From assembly GCF_000008565.1 (NCBI RefSeq), contig NC_000958.1, positions 30,001 through 62,000 on the forward strand: a stretch of DNA of 32,000 nucleotides, read 5' to 3'. Under the pieces are notes generated by a model. That model saw nothing but the letters and a program-made list of their open reading frames with translations. It was not told where the DNA came from and ran no database searches. Both the position numbers and the translations under genes were made by a program. The first letter of the stretch is position 1. Every line of letters begins with the position of its first letter. The DNA comes from Deinococcus radiodurans R1 = ATCC 13939 = DSM 20539 (GTDB lineage: Bacteria; Deinococcota; Deinococci; Deinococcales; Deinococcaceae). Below, in pieces: positions 28,134 through 32,000 of this stretch.

Positions 28134-30134
28134 ATGCAACGTCTACTCTCGACCGTTCTGGTGCTTTCTTTAGCTGTGGGCGCGTCGGCGCAGCAGTCCA
28201 ATGGTCAGGTGTCCTTCACTGCACCGAAAGGTTGGGCCGCTTCGAGTTCTCAAGGCGGGGTTCTGCAATACACGCATACGTCCGCTGGTGGGGTGGACGG
28301 GGCACTGTTGATCGGGCAGGATATGCCGTTGCCGAATGACCCTGTCAGGTGGCTGGAGCAGACGGCCCGTTCCCTTGCCGGGGGGCAAGCGCTGAGCGAA
28401 CAGGCCGTGCAGTCTGAGCAGCTGGCAAGCGGCCTGACCGCCCTTTACAAAGTGCTGATCGGCGGCACGCCTCAGCAACCGGTCGCTTATGTGGCTGCCC
28501 TGCTGCACAACGGCACTTCCGGGGTGCTGGTGGTTTTTCTGAGCAGTGATGTCGAGAATAAAAACGCTCTGGAGAAAGACGTAGACGCTGTGGTGGAATC
28601 TATAAGGCTGAGCGGCAAGCCCACGCAGACGGCTGGAACGACCGCAGCGGCAGGAGCGGGGGCCAAGCCGGCTGAGCCGAACTTGCCCACCGTAAACCCC
28701 ATGAACGCCGCGCAGTTCAAAGCTGCGGGCGGCAACCCTGCCCGGCAGATCATCCCCGACGAATTCCGCTGTTATGTCAAGCGGAAAGGAGACGGGCTCA
28801 GTCCAGACCTGACTGTGCAGGTGCTGCCGGGTGGGACATACCGCACGGTCTACGGCAATGGAACATACCAGATCAATAAAGACAGAAAGATAACGTGGCA
28901 GGGCGGGCCCCTGAACAAGGCGGATGGGTCCCTGGATTTCGATGACTACGGTCAGGCGTTCAGCCTGTCGGATGTCAGTGAAGACACCCAGGACACCTCG
29001 CTGAACTTCGAGTGCTATCAGCGCGGTCCTCGGGAAAACGTGGCCCTGCACAATTTCAAACTCAGGACGCCCAAGCCAGGGTCGTATTCGTGCGTGCTGG
29101 CTGATGGACAGGGCGACCGCGGCGCGTTGGAAGTCGGCGCGGACAACACCTACAGGTTTGGAGGCGCCGCAGGCCGTTACCGCGTGGACTACCGCAGCGA
29201 TCAAGACAGCGCCCGCAGCAGTCTCACTCTGCGAGGTGAGGGAGATTTAGAAGAAAGCGGCTTCTATTCCGAGGACGAGACCGGGCTGCGGGTGTTCACC
29301 CTGACGGTGCCGACGGGCGGCGACCTCATCAGCCGCAGCAGCACCGCGTGGACCTGCACCGCAGTGGCAAAGCCCACGCCTGCCCCGAGTCTCTACGGCA
29401 GCGAAAAGGCCCCCGCCCCACCCCAGGGCAGCGGTGGCCTGAACGGAAATTTTGTGCATAACCGCGCCGGGAAGCTGGTTCCCGTCTTGCAAATCGGGCC
29501 GGATTTCACGAGCAGTATGGTCCTGGGCTCGGAATGTCCCGGCAATGTCTGCTGGGCCTTCGCCTTCTTCAACCCCAACGGTTACGTGTATACGCAAGAG
29601 CCCAAGGTGGACGCTAGTGAAGCCGACTGCACGCGGACTTACCCCAACGGCCTGCCCCGCTGCGAGGTCTACCGCGTCACCGGAAACACCATTCAGATCG
29701 GTGACCGTGCGCCTGTGCCTTTTACCCTGACCGGTTCCGGGCTGAATCTGGACGGCCAGAGATACGACAAACTGCAACCCATGGACACCCTGATTCTGCG
29801 CGGGAGCTACGAATCCCTTGAGGTCACGCCCAACCTGTATCTGGGAGGCAGTACCAGTTCCCTGGCCCTGACCTTTGGAGAAGGGAGGACATTTTCCCTC
29901 AGCAGCGACCGTTCCACGACTGTCATGGTGCCCGGCGCGACCGTCTCCAACAGCAACCGCGCGGCCACCTTGACCGGGACGTACAAGTTCAGCGGCAACA
30001 CGGTGGAGCTGACCTACCGCGACGGACGGGTTGTGCGTCAATTCGCGGCTCTTCCGGTTGAGGGGGGCAAAATTACTCCGACCCTGCTGCGGATAGGTGG
30101 CGTCACCTATTCTCCAAGCATCGACAAGAAATAA
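28134..30134 (+). CDS. Secreted hypothetical protein with paired cysteines and internal GTY-type repeats
   Basis: GGAGGTG SD, then ATG 28134. Signal peptide MQRLLSTVLVLSLAVGASAQ. I recognise no family. G+C is visibly lower than in neighbouring genes. Confidence 0.7.
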   Translation: MQRLLSTVLVLSLAVGASAQQSNGQVSFTAPKGWAASSSQGGVLQYTHTSAGGVDGALLIGQDMPLPNDPVRWLEQTARSLAGGQALSEQAVQSEQLASGLTALYKVLIGGTPQQPVAYVAALLHNGTSGVLVVFLSSDVENKNALEKDVDAVVESIRLSGKPTQTAGTTAAAGAGAKPAEPNLPTVNPMNAAQFKAAGGNPARQIIPDEFRCYVKRKGDGLSPDLTVQVLPGGTYRTVYGNGTYQINKDRKITWQGGPLNKADGSLDFDDYGQAFSLSDVSEDTQDTSLNFECYQRGPRENVALHNFKLRTPKPGSYSCVLADGQGDRGALEVGADNTYRFGGAAGRYRVDYRSDQDSARSSLTLRGEGDLEESGFYSEDETGLRVFTLTVPTGGDLISRSSTAWTCTAVAKPTPAPSLYGSEKAPAPPQGSGGLNGNFVHNRAGKLVPVLQIGPDFTSSMVLGSECPGNVCWAFAFFNPNGYVYTQEPKVDASEADCTRTYPNGLPRCEVYRVTGNTIQIGDRAPVPFTLTGSGLNLDGQRYDKLQPMDTLILRGSYESLEVTPNLYLGGSTSSLALTFGEGRTFSLSSDRSTTVMVPGATVSNSNRAATLTGTYKFSGNTVELTYRDGRVVRQFAALPVEGGKITPTLLRIGGVTYSPSIDKK

Positions 30135-30424
30135 TCGCTTCTGGCCGCCTCGCTAGAAACACTGTAGGGCGAACAGTCTGGGCACAACCACCGGAAACAG
30201 TCAGGTCGCGCTCAGCAAATGGAGTTGATCCGTCCCTTACCCCGAAGCAAGGCGCTTGTCGTGTCTGGCAAGAGCGGTAAGGAAAAGGCACTGATGCTTC
30301 CTCAGAGCAGTTGGGGCTGGGTGTCGGGGAAGAGTGCCGGCTTTCAAGCGGGTCTATAGATCAGGCCGAGCCTTCCACTTTGGTCCCTGTTGTTCAGAGT
30401 ACCAGCGGTCTACCGGCACTCGTG

Positions 30425-30826
30425 TCAGCCCATCTTTTTGAGCGCGCCGCCTTCCTCGGCAGCGGCCTGCACCGTTCGGAGATCGCCGCCTGTAGCGGCC
30501 TCGAAAGCGGCCAGAAAGGCGCCCTCGACCAGCGGCGCCTCGGCAAGGGCCACTCGGACCCTCTGCTCCTCTCTGAGCAGGTCCAGGGCCAGCTCCGACC
30601 TGAGACGGGCGCTTCCCAGGTCCATCAGGACGAGCGCTTCGCCGCCCGCCTGGGTGGCCCGCTCCAGAGCCGCGTGAATTCGGGTCGCACTCGTGCCCAA
30701 CAGGCCGTCGTCGGTGCCGCCTACTGCTTCAAGTTCCACCTGCCCGGCATTCATCTGCCCGACGAACTCTGCGACGCCCTCGGCGAGCTTGGCGCTGTGG
30801 GAGACGATCACGAGGGTCACGCTCAT
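30425..30826 (-). CDS. dhaM: Dihydroxyacetone kinase phosphotransfer subunit (EIIA-Man-like)
   Basis: MSVTLVIVSHSAKLAEGV contains the phospho-His motif. ATGA overlap with dhaL at 30823-30826. Confidence 0.85.
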   Translation of the reverse strand: MSVTLVIVSHSAKLAEGVAEFVGQMNAGQVELEAVGGTDDGLLGTSATRIHAALERATQAGGEALVLMDLGSARLRSELALDLLREEQRVRVALAEAPLVEGAFLAAFEAATGGDLRTVQAAAEEGGALKKMG

Positions 30827-31428
30827 GGGCGCTGCTCCAGGGCCTCGGCCAGCGCTTCGAACAGCAGGGCGCTGCTCACTGACCCAGGATCGACGTGCCC
30901 GGCGGAGCGTTCACCGAGGTAACTGGCCCGGCCCTTTCTCGCCGTGAGGTCGCGGGTGGCTTCCGCCGCTGAGCTCGCCGCCTGCGCGGCGGCCCCCACC
31001 CCACCGGGCAGGGCGTCCAGCGCCGGGCGCCACACGTCGAGCATCGTCTTGTCGCCCGGCTGCGCCTTGCCGCGTTCAAGCAGCCCCTGATAGGCGGCTT
31101 CCAGCGCCTCTTGCAGGTCGTCCTGTGTCCACTCGTCTTTGCCGGCCATGCTGGTCGCGGCCCGCAAGAGCGCCGTGCCGTACAGTGGGCCGCTCGCGCC
31201 GCCGACCTTGGAAATCAGGGTCATGGCGGCGCTTCGGAGCAGGTCAGAGGGGGTCCCGCTCGCGGGGAGAGTCCCCACCACCGCGGTCATGCCGCGCTCC
31301 ATATTGCTGCCGTGGTCCGCGTCTCCTATGGCCGAGTCGAGCTCGGTCAGGTGCTGGTCCGCGGCCTGAATCTTGCGGGCATAGAGCTCCAGAAACTGCC
31401 GGGTCTGCTCGCTGTTCACGCGCCCCAC
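30823..31428 (-). CDS. dhaL: Dihydroxyacetone kinase ADP-binding subunit L
   Basis: LDSAIGDADHGSNMERG is the Dak2 signature. Start is GTG 31428, or GTG 31419, which would give a GTGA overlap with the dhaK stop. Confidence 0.9.
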   Translation of the reverse strand: MGRVNSEQTRQFLELYARKIQAADQHLTELDSAIGDADHGSNMERGMTAVVGTLPASGTPSDLLRSAAMTLISKVGGASGPLYGTALLRAATSMAGKDEWTQDDLQEALEAAYQGLLERGKAQPGDKTMLDVWRPALDALPGGVGAAAQAASSAAEATRDLTARKGRASYLGERSAGHVDPGSVSSALLFEALAEALEQRP

Positions 31429-32000
31429 CGCAGCGCAGGCGTGACCACTGGCGCGTCCCAGAGCCGCAACTGCTCGGAGCTGGCCCGCAGCAGCGTAACA
31501 CTCAGGCCCTGCATTTCCAGGCTCGTGACATAGTTGCCGACCAGATGTCGGACGACCTTCACGCCCCGGTCTGCCAGATGGTTCACCACGTGGCCGTGGG
31601 CCACATACAGTTCCAGCAGGGGGGTGCCGCCCATGCCGTTGGTCAGGGCAATGACTTCCTCACCGCGCTTCAGGTCGAGGTCCGCCGTGACCGGGTCGAG
31701 CAGGGCGTCCACCAGTTCGTCGGCGGGCCGCAACTGCTGGCGTTCGCGCCCCGGTTCACCGTGAATCCCTATGCCCAGCTCGATCTCGTCATCTGCCAGC
31801 GTGAAGTTGGGTTTGCCTGCGGCGGGCACGGTGGCGCCCGTCAGGGCCAGGCCCATACTCCGGACGCCGTCCATGACGATCTGCGCCACCTGTTTGACTT
31901 CCGCCAGCTCGGCGCCGGCTTCTGCGGCGGCCCCCGCTATTTTTTCGAGCAGCACCGTGCCGCCCACCCCACGGCGCCCGGCGGTCCAGGTGCTGTCCTG
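31416..32000 (-). CDS. dhaK: Dihydroxyacetone kinase subunit K (Dak1 domain); the 5' end lies beyond the window
   Basis: GIGIHGEPG, LTNGMGGTP and YVTSLEMQG motifs. The frame stays open to nt 32000. Confidence 0.9.
   Translation of the reverse strand, partial: QDSTWTAGRRGVGGTVLLEKIAGAAAEAGAELAEVKQVAQIVMDGVRSMGLALTGATVPAAGKPNFTLADDEIELGIGIHGEPGRERQQLRPADELVDALLDPVTADLDLKRGEEVIALTNGMGGTPLLELYVAHGHVVNHLADRGVKVVRHLVGNYVTSLEMQGLSVTLLRASSEQLRLWDAPVVTPALRWGA

Noticed and set aside
30135-30424. 290-nt spacer between convergent genes, examined for a tRNA or sRNA. It has a long-range 9-bp inverted repeat: GAGTGCCGG at 30332-30340 and CCGGCACTC at 30413-30421.
   Set aside because: Neither strand has a T-loop (GTTCRANYC) or cloverleaf arrangement. 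A single 9-bp match about 70 nt apart could be chance. The spacer may hold terminators, but I cannot support a specific call.

Overview
High-G+C bacterial DNA. Gene content and composition resemble a Deinococcus-type accessory replicon, but the taxon cannot be verified from this window. Reading left to right:
- 1-1023: a 5'-truncated hybrid receiver/histidine kinase.
- 1134-3051: a parA-parB partition operon. It is flanked by two parS-like palindromes and a perfect 18-bp palindrome at its 5' end. ParA carries an in-frame Phd/YefM-like N-terminal domain.
- 3878-6379: a natural fusion of an HSL-type esterase and an EthA-type Baeyer-Villiger monooxygenase (BVMO).
- 6401-9270: a TPR-GGDEF gene and an SDR gene, each broken by a single in-frame stop codon.
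- 9589-17798: a three-gene envelope operon. It encodes two paralogous secreted repeat proteins (DUF11/Ig-like, with Ca-binding loops) and a protein of about 1,000 aa ending in a large predicted beta-barrel. Two of the three genes contain 1-nt frame breaks.
- 17827-20874: an SgrR-like regulator divergent from an MFS transporter.
- 20947-21250: a truncated, frameshifted relic of a BY-kinase.
- 21333-25053: a GAF-GAF-GGDEF cyclase and a secreted PhoA-family alkaline phosphatase.
- 25162-25392: an intergenic array of 25-nt direct repeats.
- 25473-27780: an operon encoding DUF3299 and a MacB-like ABC transporter.
- 28134-30134: a Cys-paired secreted orphan protein.
- 30425-32000: the 3' part of a dhaK-dhaL-dhaM operon.

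The best candidate for an undescribed system is the 9.6-17.8 kb surface-protein plus beta-barrel operon. The second notable pattern is the density of gene-inactivating lesions between 6.4 and 21.3 kb. All family assignments come from motifs read by eye and need HMM or BLAST confirmation.
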